Origin: a virus
Length of the DNA stretch: 64,000 nucleotides
Strand: one strand, 5' to 3'
IMG/VR virus record: IMGVR_UViG_3300017714_002439
Made by a program: the position numbers and the translations under genes. The notes beneath the pieces are model-generated. The model ran no database searches and was not told the DNA's origin. It worked only from the letters and a program-made list of their open reading frames with translations. Positions 18,197-28,380 of this stretch are shown here, piece after piece (the first letter of the stretch is position 1; the number at the start of each line of letters is the position of its first letter).

Positions 18197-18457
18197 TTGG
18201 CTAAATTTACACAACGATATCTTAAACCAACGTTGTTTAAACCAAAAGGTTCTGTGTTTGAAGGCTTGATATGGAAACAGCCTAATTCAAAAGGCACAGA
18301 CACATATGATGTTACTTGCACAGACAAAGGGTTTACTTGTGAGTGTCCAGGCTTTACATTCCGTGGCAAGTGTAAGCATAGTTTAGAAGTGCTAACAAGA
18401 GTAGAAATCGCACTAGACGACAAGCATCCACAATATAGAATGGAGTTAGCACAATGA
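18197..18457 (+). CDS. SWIM zinc-finger protein
   Basis: FTCECPGFTFRGKCKH motif; AAGGAG RBS with TTG start. Confidence 0.75.
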   Translation: MAKFTQRYLKPTLFKPKGSVFEGLIWKQPNSKGTDTYDVTCTDKGFTCECPGFTFRGKCKHSLEVLTRVEIALDDKHPQYRMELAQ

Positions 18458-19182
18458 AGACTGCATATCTATTTGATGTAGATGGAACATTAACACCAAG
18501 CCGGCAAAGAATGGACGAAAAGTTTAACAGATTTTTCTATGACTTTTGTCTTAATAATAATGTGTATATTGTTACAGGAAGTGATCAAAGCAAAACAGTA
18601 GAACAAATAGGTAATATTATCTATAGCGGTTCTAAACGAGTATACAATTGCAGTGGCAATGATGTATATGAAAACTTTGAAAATATATACACTAACAAAT
18701 GGACATTACCAGACGAGCCTTGGAAGTATTTAGAAAATAGATTAAATCACAGCGATTTTGGACAACGAGCAGGACTACATTTTGAAGAACGTCCTGGTAT
18801 GTTAAATTTTAGTATTGTTGGCAGAAAGGCTAATGCTCAGCAACGCAAAGACTATATTTTATATGATACATATCACAAAGAACGTGAAGATATTTCAAAC
18901 GAGTTTAATAAGCACTTTGGAGATAAACACAATATCATGTCAACTGTAGCTGGAGAAACTGGCTTAGATATAACACAAAAAAATTGTGGCAAAGCACAAA
19001 TACTTAAAGATTTTACAGAATACGAAGAAATAATTTTCTTTGGTGATAAAACTATGAAAGGCGGCAATGATCATGACATTGCAGAAGCATTAATAGGTAT
19101 GGGACATACTGTATTTGCCGTAAAAGAATGGCAAGATACGTATCGTATTTTAACACAAATGTATGAACCCCATTCGATCTGA
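18454..19182 (+). CDS. HAD-IIB hydrolase, eukaryotic-type phosphomannomutase-like
   Basis: LFDVDGTLT, VTGSD, EERPGMLNFSIVGR and FFGDKT..GGND motifs. Confidence 0.85.
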   Translation: MKTAYLFDVDGTLTPSRQRMDEKFNRFFYDFCLNNNVYIVTGSDQSKTVEQIGNIIYSGSKRVYNCSGNDVYENFENIYTNKWTLPDEPWKYLENRLNHSDFGQRAGLHFEERPGMLNFSIVGRKANAQQRKDYILYDTYHKEREDISNEFNKHFGDKHNIMSTVAGETGLDITQKNCGKAQILKDFTEYEEIIFFGDKTMKGGNDHDIAEALIGMGHTVFAVKEWQDTYRILTQMYEPHSI

Positions 19183-19351
19183 TAAAAAATGGACATGGCT
19201 TCCTAAACGTATGAGCAGTGGAAAAATAGTTTTCTGCTCATATTATTACTATGAAGAATTCCTAAGAACAGCAGACCCAAGACACAATTGGGTTCACAGA
19301 TATGAGTATTCCAAACGAGAATATTTCTTAAAAAAACTTTCAGAAAAATAA
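19163..19351 (+). CDS. Small hypothetical protein
   Basis: 62 aa ORF ending just before a terminator. Confidence 0.5.
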   Translation: MNPIRSDKKWTWLPKRMSSGKIVFCSYYYYEEFLRTADPRHNWVHRYEYSKREYFLKKLSEK

Positions 19352-19354
19352 CAA

Positions 19355-19378
19355 GCCCTTGTTTTACAAGGGTTTTTT
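19355..19378 (+). terminator. Intrinsic terminator
   Basis: GCCCTTGT-ttt-ACAAGGGT followed by a T run. Confidence 0.75.
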
Positions 19379-19392
19379 ATTGGCGATTCCGG

Positions 19393-19421
19393 TTGACAAC
19401 CAAGACATCTTAGTGTATATT
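19393..19421 (+). promoter_or_regulatory. Sigma70 early promoter with AAGA-CA-TCTT spacer
   Basis: TTGACA accaagacatcttagtg TATATT. Confidence 0.8.
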
Positions 19422-19452
19422 AGTAGTATAAGTTAAACAAAAGGAGCAATAA

Positions 19453-19743
19453 ATGATTTACTCAATGTTAGAAGCAGAAGTTCGTGAAGCAGTAAGCAAA
19501 GATGAAAATATTAATGCAGACGGTAGCATTAATTGGAACTATGTAGATAGTGATTGCTATATGAGTGGTGCTCCTAAGTGGTTTAAAGATGATACTGTAT
19601 ATTATGAAGCATGGAATGATATTGCAGATATGGTCGAAAAGGAACAACCAGTTGATACGTCAGAGCAGTTAGAATTGCTCGAAAAGTATCCAAATGCAGA
19701 AGAGCAAATTGAAGTTTTGAAAAAAGATTTTCTAGGACAATAA
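19453..19743 (+). CDS. Hypothetical acidic protein
   Basis: AAGGAG RBS; first gene after the promoter. Confidence 0.7.
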   Translation: MIYSMLEAEVREAVSKDENINADGSINWNYVDSDCYMSGAPKWFKDDTVYYEAWNDIADMVEKEQPVDTSEQLELLEKYPNAEEQIEVLKKDFLGQ

Positions 19744-19745
19744 TT

Positions 19746-20255
19746 ATGATGATAACAAGTGCAAAGATGTTTGCAACGGCGGCTCATGCCGCAGTAGGGC
19801 AAAAACGTAAATACTCAGGTGATGATTACATTGTTCATCCAGAGCGAGTTGCGGCTATTGTAGAAAAGCACGGCGGAACAGATGAAATGATTGCCGCGGC
19901 TTGGTTACATGACACTGTAGAAGATACAGATGTTACACCTATTCTTATTACTAAAATGTTTGGTGTTGATGTTGCAGATATCGTTGAAGGTCTTACTGAT
20001 ATTAGTTTACCTAGTGATGGTAATAGAGCAAAGCGTAAGTCAATTGATCGTATGCACAGTGCAAGGGCTTCAACTGAATCACAGTTTGTAAAATGTGCAG
20101 ACATTATTGATAACAGTTGGGATATCGCTGATAACGATCCTAGTTTTGCAAAAGTATACAAATCAGAAGTATTTCTTTTGTTACACGCAATGACAAAAGT
20201 AAAGCATACAGAAATTTGGGAACAAGCAATGAAAAGCGTAGAGTTAATGCCTTAA
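19746..20255 (+). CDS. HD-domain hydrolase of the RelA/SpoT/Mesh1 type (small alarmone hydrolase-like)
   Basis: AH..QKRK..YIVHP, AAWLHDTVED and VKCADIIDN motifs. Confidence 0.8.
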   Translation: MMITSAKMFATAAHAAVGQKRKYSGDDYIVHPERVAAIVEKHGGTDEMIAAAWLHDTVEDTDVTPILITKMFGVDVADIVEGLTDISLPSDGNRAKRKSIDRMHSARASTESQFVKCADIIDNSWDIADNDPSFAKVYKSEVFLLLHAMTKVKHTEIWEQAMKSVELMP

Positions 20256-20266
20256 TTGGCATTAAC

Positions 20267-20277
20267 TAAATACTGTT
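20267..20277 (+). promoter_or_regulatory. TAAATA-N5 leaderless late promoter
   Basis: TAAATA ctgtt ATG(20278). Confidence 0.65.
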
Positions 20278-21282
20278 ATGCTTTATAAAGAAATTGATAC
20301 TGTTGAATTTGATCTCAATACAGTATGTAACAGTTATTGTCCCCCTTGCCATAGATATACAATTCAAGACGGTGAGCTATTTCATAACCCATATGTAAAA
20401 CTAGGCGTTAATTTAGAATTAGATGTAATTGAGAAAGTATTCTGTAATGAACGTTTAGCAGATGATTGTTTTGTTGATCTAGTAGGACTTGTAGGTGAAC
20501 CAATTGCACATCCAAAGTTTATGGAAATAGTAGATATTATTTACAAACATAGACCAAACGCAGCAATTAACTTACATACAAATGGTGGATTACGAACTGA
20601 AAAAATGTTCTATGACTTAGGTAAAAAGTTTAACAAACACAGTTGGATTAAATTTTCATTAGATGGACTAGAAGATACAAACGGTATATATCGTATTGGA
20701 GTAGATTACCATAAAGTAATAAGAAATATGCGAGCATTTATAGATGGTGGTGGACGAGCAATATGGAAGTTTGTTACATTTGAATGGAATAAACATCAAG
20801 TAGAAGAAGCAAAAGCGTTATCAGAAGAATATGGCTGTTCTAAATTCCAACAAGATTGGGATGTCAATGATATGAGTATAAAGCAATATATGAAAGCAGC
20901 TAACACAAAAATTAATTATAAGGTTCAGGCTACCAAAGGTGATAATAGATTTCCTAATTTACCTGATAGAACATCTTATAAGATTGTAGATAGATGTTTT
21001 ACATATAAAAAGATATATGTAAATGCACATGGTTATGTTATTCCATGTTGTATGTTTAATGGTGCAATGACATATGATTCTATGCGTAATCAAACACTAA
21101 ATTTTATTAAAGAAGATAGAGCTGAATATTGGAATAGTTTATATCATAACGATTTAGAAACTATAATGAGTGATACATGGTGGCAAAAATTAAACGATAG
21201 TTTTAATGGTAATGCATGTGATATATGTATTGAACAATGTGGCAAGAATAACATTCCAAAAAACGAACGCTATTTTGATTGA
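20278..21282 (+). CDS. Radical SAM enzyme with SPASM/twitch-like domain
   Basis: CNSYCPPC, LVGEPIAH, HTNGGLR, VIPCC; close paralogue of 16583. Confidence 0.85.
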   Translation: MLYKEIDTVEFDLNTVCNSYCPPCHRYTIQDGELFHNPYVKLGVNLELDVIEKVFCNERLADDCFVDLVGLVGEPIAHPKFMEIVDIIYKHRPNAAINLHTNGGLRTEKMFYDLGKKFNKHSWIKFSLDGLEDTNGIYRIGVDYHKVIRNMRAFIDGGGRAIWKFVTFEWNKHQVEEAKALSEEYGCSKFQQDWDVNDMSIKQYMKAANTKINYKVQATKGDNRFPNLPDRTSYKIVDRCFTYKKIYVNAHGYVIPCCMFNGAMTYDSMRNQTLNFIKEDRAEYWNSLYHNDLETIMSDTWWQKLNDSFNGNACDICIEQCGKNNIPKNERYFD

Positions 21283-21307
21283 CTTTAGGCGTTAAATAGT
21301 GTATTAT
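21279..21307 (+). promoter_or_regulatory. Sigma70-like promoter
   Basis: TTGACT-17 nt-TATTAT. Confidence 0.55.
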
Positions 21308-21335
21308 ATAACTAATAAACAATAAGGAAATAACT

Positions 21336-21578
21336 ATGATATTAGAACTAATTAAAGATCCAATAGTATGGGGTATGACAATATTTGTTTTATTGTGTGC
21401 ATGGCATAATTTTAAAGCAGGACACAAGCAAGGTCTGTTAGAAGGTGTCGATGTAACTTTAGCAATGCTTAGTCAACAAAATCTTATTGAACTAGAGCAT
21501 GGCAAAGATGGAGAAATAATTATAAATGCAAAAGATGGAACCAGTAAAATGTTGCTAGAAAATCCAGACAATGTATAG
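21336..21578 (+). CDS. Small membrane protein
   Basis: N-terminal TM segment; AAGGA RBS. Confidence 0.65.
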   Translation: MILELIKDPIVWGMTIFVLLCAWHNFKAGHKQGLLEGVDVTLAMLSQQNLIELEHGKDGEIIINAKDGTSKMLLENPDNV

Positions 21579-22410
21579 TAAGCAAGAATTATTAGATAAG
21601 CAAGATAAGGCCGAACTTGCATTAGAAAAATCACAGGCACTAGAAACAAAGTTTGCTGACAGATTTGATATGGCAAAGTCTTTGTTTGCAGTATTAGATA
21701 AACAAAAGTTTATTGAATGCAACGATATTGATCCAACTGATCCATATAAAATTGAACCATGGAAAGACGAAGATGTTCCAGAAAAAAGTTTTGCATTTAA
21801 GCATGCAGGACCTGTATTTGGATTTGACATTGATACTATGGTTGGACCAGAAAGCTGGTATAACGAACAAAGTGGAGTAGATGATTATGTGTTGCGTAGA
21901 AAATGTTACATATATGATTGGACAGCAGAAAAACTGAAAGAAGATTTTCCAGAACTAACATACTTCACAGACCTACATAAAGAATTTGTTCCTGTATTGC
22001 AACATTATTATAATGAATGTTTTGAAGATCAACATGCAGATGTTTCTAAAAGATTACATAAACTCATGGTTATTGAATATTCACATCCTACTGCAAATGC
22101 GGGTAATATTATAGATCATAAAAAACATAATACAGAACGTTTTGGTGATATACATTGTGACGAAACATTAGGTGGATTACATTTAGGAGAAAATGTAGTA
22201 GAGTTTTATATTGAAAATCATTTAACAAATGAACGTAAAAGTGTAGATGGATTATCCAATAATAACACACTTTGGTTTTTTGGTGAATTTAGTGAACGTA
22301 GCGGGTGGCAACCAAGTATGCACGGTATGGCTCATAATAAAAACGATAATACTTGGAAAAGATACAGTATAATTTTTGATCTACAAGCTCGATACAAAGG
22401 AGAAGAGTAA
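21571..22410 (+). CDS. Putative 2OG-Fe(II) oxygenase-like protein
   Basis: HCDETL (HxD), later MHG and RYSIIF motifs typical of the DSBH oxygenase fold. Confidence 0.5.
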   Translation: MYSKQELLDKQDKAELALEKSQALETKFADRFDMAKSLFAVLDKQKFIECNDIDPTDPYKIEPWKDEDVPEKSFAFKHAGPVFGFDIDTMVGPESWYNEQSGVDDYVLRRKCYIYDWTAEKLKEDFPELTYFTDLHKEFVPVLQHYYNECFEDQHADVSKRLHKLMVIEYSHPTANAGNIIDHKKHNTERFGDIHCDETLGGLHLGENVVEFYIENHLTNERKSVDGLSNNNTLWFFGEFSERSGWQPSMHGMAHNKNDNTWKRYSIIFDLQARYKGEE

Positions 22411-22559
22411 TGTTTGAAGTAATCTATATCCCACGAATTCATGATGAAGTTGCGGTAGCACGATTCTCATCGGAAGAAGAAGCTGAAGCCTATATGGAAA
22501 AAATTAAAGTGGAACGCCCAAAAGCATACCCACATCATTATATAAAAGAAGGAGAGTAG
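22410..22559 (+). CDS. Small hypothetical protein (49 aa), not in the ORF track
   Basis: TAATG coupling; [19 protein letters not shown]...EGE. Confidence 0.55.
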   Translation: MFEVIYIPRIHDEVAVARFSSEEEAEAYMEKIKVERPKAYPHHYIKEGE

Positions 22560-22560
22560 T

Positions 22561-23151
22561 ATGGCATTGGTACCAATGGTGGTCGAACAGACCGGACGAG
22601 GAGAACGCAGTTACGATATTTACAGTAGACTATTAAAAGATCGTATTGTGATGTTAACTGGAGAAGTAAACGACATGACAGCAAATTTAGTTGTTGCACA
22701 AATGTTGTTTTTAGAATCACAAAATAGCAGTGAAGATATTAACTTTTACATTAATAGCCCAGGTGGCGGAGTTACAGCCGGACTTGGAATTTATGATACA
22801 ATGCAGTTTATTAAATCTCCTGTAAGCACAATTGTAATGGGTCAAGCATGTAGCATGGGCAGTTTCCTTGCTATGGCAGGTGAGCCTGGTAAACGTTTTG
22901 TATTGCCAAATAGTAGAACAATGATTCACCAACCAAGTGGTGGTGCAGGTGGACAAGCAACTGACATGGAAATACAAGTTCAAGAAATTCTTAAAATTAA
23001 AAAGAATCTTACAGACATTTATGTTAAACATAACAGTGCTGGAAAAACATTTGATGAACTAGCACAAGCAATGGAACGTGATAACTTTATGAGCGCCAAT
23101 GAAGCAGTAGAATTTGGTTTAGCTGATAAAGTAGTTATTAGAAAAACATAA
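22561..23151 (+). CDS. clpP: ATP-dependent Clp protease proteolytic subunit
   Basis: [23 protein letters not shown] (Ser), MIHQP (His) and ERDNFM (Asp). Confidence 0.97.
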   Translation: MALVPMVVEQTGRGERSYDIYSRLLKDRIVMLTGEVNDMTANLVVAQMLFLESQNSSEDINFYINSPGGGVTAGLGIYDTMQFIKSPVSTIVMGQACSMGSFLAMAGEPGKRFVLPNSRTMIHQPSGGAGGQATDMEIQVQEILKIKKNLTDIYVKHNSAGKTFDELAQAMERDNFMSANEAVEFGLADKVVIRKT

Positions 23152-23176
23152 AATATATCATATTAGCAATTAAGTA

Positions 23177-23187
23177 TAAATACTAAT
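23177..23187 (+). promoter_or_regulatory. TAAATA-N5 leaderless late promoter
   Basis: TATAAATA ctaat ATG(23188), full T4-like octamer. Confidence 0.7.
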
Positions 23188-23883
23188 ATGAAAATACATG
23201 ATATCTTAGAACAGATGATGGACGAAGGTCCAAATGATCCAGCTATATTTAAAGCAGTATTTCTTGCTGGTGGTCCTGGATCTGGTAAAAGTTATGTGGC
23301 AAGTAAAATTCTTTCAGGTTTAGGTCTCAAGCCAGTAAACAGTGATGACATCTACGAATACCTAGCTGACAAACAAGGTATTGATTTAGGAGATCCAGAT
23401 GCAGTTGCTAGTGATAGAGGACAAGAACTCAGAAACAAAGCCAAAGAATTAACTAATAAAAGACAAAATGTATACATAGACGGTCGTATTGGATTAATTA
23501 TTGATGGCACAGGTAAAGATGTGCAAAAGGTAAAAGAACAAAGTTTAATACTAAAAAATCTAGGATATGAATGTATAATGTTATTTGTAAACACAAATCT
23601 AGATGTTGCACAAAAACGTAATTTAGAAAGACCACGCAAACTGAAACCAGAAATGGTTGATAATATGTGGCGTAAAGTTCAAGAAAATATTATGAAGTTC
23701 CAACAGGTATTTGGCGCCAGTAACTTTCACGTTGTTGATAATAGCGGAGGGTTAGAGGACCCTGAACGTAAAGAAAACTTTGACAATGTATACAAGAAAG
23801 TTAGAGCGTTTATTTCATCTCCACCAGCTAGTCATACCGCTAAAAAGTGGTTAGATGACGCTAAAAGTAAAAATACCACTTAA
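23188..23883 (+). CDS. P-loop kinase (zeta-toxin/AAA_33-like)
   Basis: AGGPGSGKS Walker A, VNSDD, IIDGTG and RNLERPR. Confidence 0.75.
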   Translation: MKIHDILEQMMDEGPNDPAIFKAVFLAGGPGSGKSYVASKILSGLGLKPVNSDDIYEYLADKQGIDLGDPDAVASDRGQELRNKAKELTNKRQNVYIDGRIGLIIDGTGKDVQKVKEQSLILKNLGYECIMLFVNTNLDVAQKRNLERPRKLKPEMVDNMWRKVQENIMKFQQVFGASNFHVVDNSGGLEDPERKENFDNVYKKVRAFISSPPASHTAKKWLDDAKSKNTT

Positions 23884-23959
23884 ATCACCACAAAATATAG
23901 GTAAATATATAATAACGGCACAACTTTGTGTCATAAAGATTGGTTAATAAAGATAACAG

Positions 23960-24304
23960 ATGTATACATATAAAGCAAAACTTATTCGTATAGTTGACGG
24001 CGATACTATCGATGCAGAAATAGATTTAGGATTTGATACAATAGTTCGTAAGAGAATTAGACTGTATGGAATTAATACTCCTGAAATCAGAACAAAGGAT
24101 GCCGTTGAAAAAGAAAAAGGATTTGCTGCAAAGCAACGCCTTACTGAACTTCTTAATGGCGAGTTTGTAGTAGAAACTATTTTGAATAAACGTGGCAAAT
24201 ACGGTAGAGTTTTAGGTGTATTATATACTAAAGATAATGATACAAAAGTAAACATAAATGAAACTTTAGTAGCAGAAGGCCACGCTGTTAAGTATCTTGG
24301 TTAA
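23960..24304 (+). CDS. Thermonuclease (staphylococcal nuclease-like)
   Basis: VDGDTI, RIRLYGINTPE, GKYGRVLG and LVAEGHA motifs. Confidence 0.85.
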   Translation: MYTYKAKLIRIVDGDTIDAEIDLGFDTIVRKRIRLYGINTPEIRTKDAVEKEKGFAAKQRLTELLNGEFVVETILNKRGKYGRVLGVLYTKDNDTKVNINETLVAEGHAVKYLG

Positions 24305-24320
24305 TAGTTAGGATTTTATT

Positions 24321-25913
24321 ATGATGAGAATTTTTGGTTATTGGACAATCTTTATCGCACTAGTCATTAGTGCAATTGCAGCCTATTATTCAATCATAGG
24401 ACTAATTGCAATTTTTGCCGCAGCGGCAATTCCTGTTATTGTAATGGGAACAGCATTAGAGATTGGTAAAATTACATCAGCTATATGGTTACATTTAAAG
24501 TGGAAAACCGGAAAATGGCTTATCAAAGGATATCTAGTATTTGCAGTTGCATTGCTTATGTTTATTACAAGCATGGGTATATTTGGATTCCTATCAAAAG
24601 CACACGTAGAGCAAAATGCGTCAATGCTAGAAGGCGAAGCACAACTAGAGCGTATTGTAATTGAAATTACACGTGCAGAAGGTGAAATTGATCGTTATGA
24701 AACTAAAATTGAAAAACTTTCTACAGCAGACACTAGCACAGATGATGGAATACAAGAAAAGATTAGAATAGCAGAAGAAAGCATTACGACTGTATACGAT
24801 AGATTAAAAGACGACATTAAATTTACACAAGAATCATTAGCAACAGCAGCCGCTCCATATGAGAAGCAAGCCGAACAGGCAGATGCTACACTAGAAAAAA
24901 TGAATACTTATGTTGAAGAAAATAACATAAGAGCATTACAAGGATTAGTAGGTGCTGCACAAGATGGAAGAATGGGATCTAAAACAGCCGATAAAGTTAC
25001 AGAATTCCGTGACAAGACTGAAAAGAGCAGAATGATGGCTTTGTTCCAACTTGGAAAAATTAGAGAAGCATCACAAGAAGACATTGTTAAATTAAGAGAA
25101 GCAGCAGATAAGACAATAGCACAAACAAATGAACTTATTACTCGTTTGCGTGAGCAATTAGGAACAGCAACAGATACAGATGTTGAACCACAAATACAAG
25201 AATTACAAGCTAAAATTAAAGAGTTTGAAATAAATTTAGATACACTGTTTGAACAAAAGTATGCAATTGAAGCCACTAGTAGAGAACTAGAGGCAGACGT
25301 AGGTCCTGTAAAATATATTGCAGAACTAGTATATGGCAATGAAGCAGACAGAGATTCACTTGAAGATGCAGTTAGATGGGTAATACTATTACTTGTTATA
25401 GTATTTGATCCACTTGCAATTGTATTAGTTATTTCAGGAATATCTCTTGTTGAAGAATACCCTAGAAAAAAGAGGATTCGCAATGAAAAAGATACGCATA
25501 CTGAAAATGAACCAACGCCCACGTTGGTGGAAAAAAATATCAATAAGTCGTCTAAAGATACTAAGGAACCAAAACGCCCAAAAGTAACCCCTAAAACAAA
25601 ACAGCCGAGTTCTGACTCAATAGAATACAAAGGTAAAGTATACGAGCCTACACATTATAACTATCATCGCATCAAAGAACAAATTGAAGAAAACAATCGG
25701 CACCGTGAAATTACCGAAAGACAATCATTGGTAAATAATATTGTAGAAGAACTATATGATGATGAATCAACAGATGACATTGATATTGTTAAAAAGAAAT
25801 TAGAACAAATGTTTGAAGAAGATAAATCAAAACAAGAACTATTACAAAATGCAGACAAAAATTCAATACGAGAAGTATTTGACAATATTATTAGGGACAC
25901 TAAGAAATTTTAA
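24321..25913 (+). CDS. Membrane protein with a long coiled coil between TM segments
   Basis: Three N-terminal TM helices, heptad-rich centre, EADVGPVKYIAE and FDPLAIVL motifs. Confidence 0.75.
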   Translation: MMRIFGYWTIFIALVISAIAAYYSIIGLIAIFAAAAIPVIVMGTALEIGKITSAIWLHLKWKTGKWLIKGYLVFAVALLMFITSMGIFGFLSKAHVEQNASMLEGEAQLERIVIEITRAEGEIDRYETKIEKLSTADTSTDDGIQEKIRIAEESITTVYDRLKDDIKFTQESLATAAAPYEKQAEQADATLEKMNTYVEENNIRALQGLVGAAQDGRMGSKTADKVTEFRDKTEKSRMMALFQLGKIREASQEDIVKLREAADKTIAQTNELITRLREQLGTATDTDVEPQIQELQAKIKEFEINLDTLFEQKYAIEATSRELEADVGPVKYIAELVYGNEADRDSLEDAVRWVILLLVIVFDPLAIVLVISGISLVEEYPRKKRIRNEKDTHTENEPTPTLVEKNINKSSKDTKEPKRPKVTPKTKQPSSDSIEYKGKVYEPTHYNYHRIKEQIEENNRHREITERQSLVNNIVEELYDDESTDDIDIVKKKLEQMFEEDKSKQELLQNADKNSIREVFDNIIRDTKKF

Positions 25914-26365
25914 TGAATTTAAACGACAATAGCAGTTACACGGTAACTGCACCTGATTTATTTCTATCTGAAAATGGAGTAAATGTTTTAATCACAAGCA
26001 CTAACGAAAAACTAATCAATGACATGAAATTGTTATTTGAAAAGTTTATTAGATCAAGCGTAGTTTTTAATGTGCAACAAAAAGAAACTAAACCAGATAG
26101 TATGCCATGGATGTGGCATGTTAGTAGGACCTGTGAATACATGTTAGTTGATTTAGATACTTGTGCATGGGAAGATATTATGGCTGCAATATTAAAAACA
26201 ACAGATGAAAATCATACTGTAATTTTTTATAGCGAAAAAAACGTCAGAAGAGAAGCACTTAAACTTATTAATGCAACCAGCAAATATATTATAATTCATA
26301 ACTTAGAAGAATTAAATAGGTTCCTAGATATAGATACCCGTTACCCAGGCATGACAGATGAATAA
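25913..26365 (+). CDS. Hypothetical protein
   Basis: Translationally coupled (TAATG) and overlaps the clpX start. Confidence 0.7.
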   Translation: MNLNDNSSYTVTAPDLFLSENGVNVLITSTNEKLINDMKLLFEKFIRSSVVFNVQQKETKPDSMPWMWHVSRTCEYMLVDLDTCAWEDIMAAILKTTDENHTVIFYSEKNVRREALKLINATSKYIIIHNLEELNRFLDIDTRYPGMTDE

Positions 26366-27557
26366 TCCATACTGTAATTTTTGCGGTAAAAACAAGCATC
26401 AAACTAAAAAACTTTTAGCAGGCAATGATGGAACACACATATGCGATGGATGTGTTGATCTTTGTCACGACATTCTAATTAAAGAAAAAAGTAAAGAAAA
26501 CAAAAAGCCTACAGTAGTTAATAGGCTTAAACAAACTACACCCAATGAATTGCATACACACTTAAATAGATATGTCATTGGGCAAGATCGTGCTAAAAAG
26601 ACGCTTAGTGTAGCTGTATACAACCATTACAAGCGTATTATGAATACAACGCAAGTTAACCTACAAAAGAATAATGTGTTAATTGCAGGACCTACAGGAA
26701 CAGGAAAAACGCTAATAGCACAAACACTTGCTAAGTTTTTAGATGTTCCTTTTGTAGTTACAGATGCTACAACAATTACTGAAAGTGGATATGCTGGTGA
26801 TGACACAGAAGTGTTACTTGATAAGTTATTACAATCAGCAGATTATGATGTTGAAAAAGCACAGTTAGGTATTATATACGTTGACGAAATTGACAAGAAA
26901 GCAAAGCGTAATGACGTTGTAACATTAAGCCGTGATGTAAGTGGTGAAGGTGTGCAACAAAGTCTATTAAAATTAATGGAAGGTGTTACTGTAAAAATTC
27001 CAAATAAACCAGGTGATCATCCAGAAAAAGTAGATATAGATACCACCAATATATTGTTTATAGTTGGTGGTGCATTTATAGGATTAGAAGAACTCGTAAA
27101 ACAACGTATAGGACAAAGTAAAATAGGCTTTAATGATGATAAGCAAGAACAACTAGATAATTGGGAATTACACCTACAAACACGTGATTTAGTGCAATAT
27201 GGACTTATACCAGAATTTGTAGGAAGATTACCTAGTGTTAACGTTTTACACCAATTAACCAAGGAAGAATTGGTAAAAATCCTTACAGAACCCCAAGATT
27301 CCATAATAGATCAAATAAAAGTGCTTTTTTCACTTGACAAAATAGAAATAGAGTTTAATATAAAAGCATTAGAAGAGATTGCCAATATTGCAATCGAACA
27401 GGACCTCGGTGCTAGAGGTTTAAGAAAAATACTGGATTCAGCACTTGTAGATACACAATACCAGTTACCACAGTTAAGAGAAAGCGGAGTGAATAAAATT
27501 ATTATAACAGAAAAAACTATCACTAATGGACACCCGCCATTAATGGTAAAAGGATAA
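26358..27557 (+). CDS. clpX: ATP-dependent Clp protease ATP-binding subunit ClpX
   Basis: C4 zinc finger CNFC...CDGC, GPTGTGKT, YVDEIDK, RDVSGEGVQQ, IGF loop and GARGLR. Confidence 0.97.
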   Translation: MNNPYCNFCGKNKHQTKKLLAGNDGTHICDGCVDLCHDILIKEKSKENKKPTVVNRLKQTTPNELHTHLNRYVIGQDRAKKTLSVAVYNHYKRIMNTTQVNLQKNNVLIAGPTGTGKTLIAQTLAKFLDVPFVVTDATTITESGYAGDDTEVLLDKLLQSADYDVEKAQLGIIYVDEIDKKAKRNDVVTLSRDVSGEGVQQSLLKLMEGVTVKIPNKPGDHPEKVDIDTTNILFIVGGAFIGLEELVKQRIGQSKIGFNDDKQEQLDNWELHLQTRDLVQYGLIPEFVGRLPSVNVLHQLTKEELVKILTEPQDSIIDQIKVLFSLDKIEIEFNIKALEEIANIAIEQDLGARGLRKILDSALVDTQYQLPQLRESGVNKIIITEKTITNGHPPLMVKG

Positions 27558-27558
27558 T

Positions 27559-28077
27559 ATGAGGCAACAACATCATAAAAATCCAAGGCATCGAGTTATT
27601 GCTAATGAAAGAATTAAAGCAACTGATGTTAGGGTAATTGCTAGAGATAGCGAATCACAAGTAATGCCTTTAAGTAGTGCATTACAAAGAGCAAAGGACG
27701 AGGAGTTAGATTTAATACTTATAAATCACAAAATCGATCCTCCATTATGTAGAATAATGGAAATGAATAAGTTTTTGTATGAACAAAAACAAAAAGAAAA
27801 AGAAGCTAAAAAACGCCAACGTGAAAACGTAGTAGATCAAAAAGAGATACGAATGGGGCTTAACATTGATTTGCATGACTTACAAACTAAGGCAAATCGT
27901 GCTAAAAAGTTTTTAGAACAAAAAGCAAAGGTCACGGTGACCGTTGTATTAAAAGGTCGCGAAAGGGGCCGACAAGACATGGCTAGAGATCTGTTAAAAA
28001 ACTTCGCAGAAATGCTTGAAGCTGAGTATGAGACGATAAATACTCAAAACAACAGAGTTATAGGGCGTGTTAAATAG
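27559..28077 (+). CDS. infC: Translation initiation factor IF-3
   Basis: NERIKATDVRVI, LDLILI..DPPLCRIM and KEIRM..I..HDLQTK..KV.V..KGRE motifs. Confidence 0.92.
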   Translation: MRQQHHKNPRHRVIANERIKATDVRVIARDSESQVMPLSSALQRAKDEELDLILINHKIDPPLCRIMEMNKFLYEQKQKEKEAKKRQRENVVDQKEIRMGLNIDLHDLQTKANRAKKFLEQKAKVTVTVVLKGRERGRQDMARDLLKNFAEMLEAEYETINTQNNRVIGRVK

Positions 28078-28084
28078 GTAAAAA

Positions 28085-28348
28085 ATGGGTAAATATAATA
28101 ATAATCGTAACGACAAAGATTCAAGACATGGCGGCATGTATGTTGAAGTAAGAAACAACAATGTAGAGCAAGCTATGAGAAAGCTGAAGAAAAAGCTAAT
28201 GAATGACGGAATCATGCAGGAGTTACGTGAACGACAGTATTTCGTAAGTAATACAGAAAAGCGATTAAAGGCCGAGGCTCAGGCTCGTGCTAGACATCGC
28301 AAACGTATAGCTAAAGATAATCCAGAAAATAAGAAAAGGCTATACTAA
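28085..28348 (+). CDS. rpsU: Ribosomal protein bS21 homologue
   Basis: VEVRNNNVEQAMRKLKKK..GIMQELRERQYF..EKR pattern. Confidence 0.85.
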   Translation: MGKYNNNRNDKDSRHGGMYVEVRNNNVEQAMRKLKKKLMNDGIMQELRERQYFVSNTEKRLKAEAQARARHRKRIAKDNPENKKRLY

Positions 28349-28380
28349 ACAGAATTTGTATACATGTAGTATACAAATAG

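Noticed and set aside
24908-25630. 240-aa minus-strand ORF (also 3967-4512, 33045-33494, 55542-55973, 61093-61515 and many shorter ones)
   Set aside because: Antisense shadows of well-supported plus-strand genes; no RBS or promoter and no recognisable motifs.
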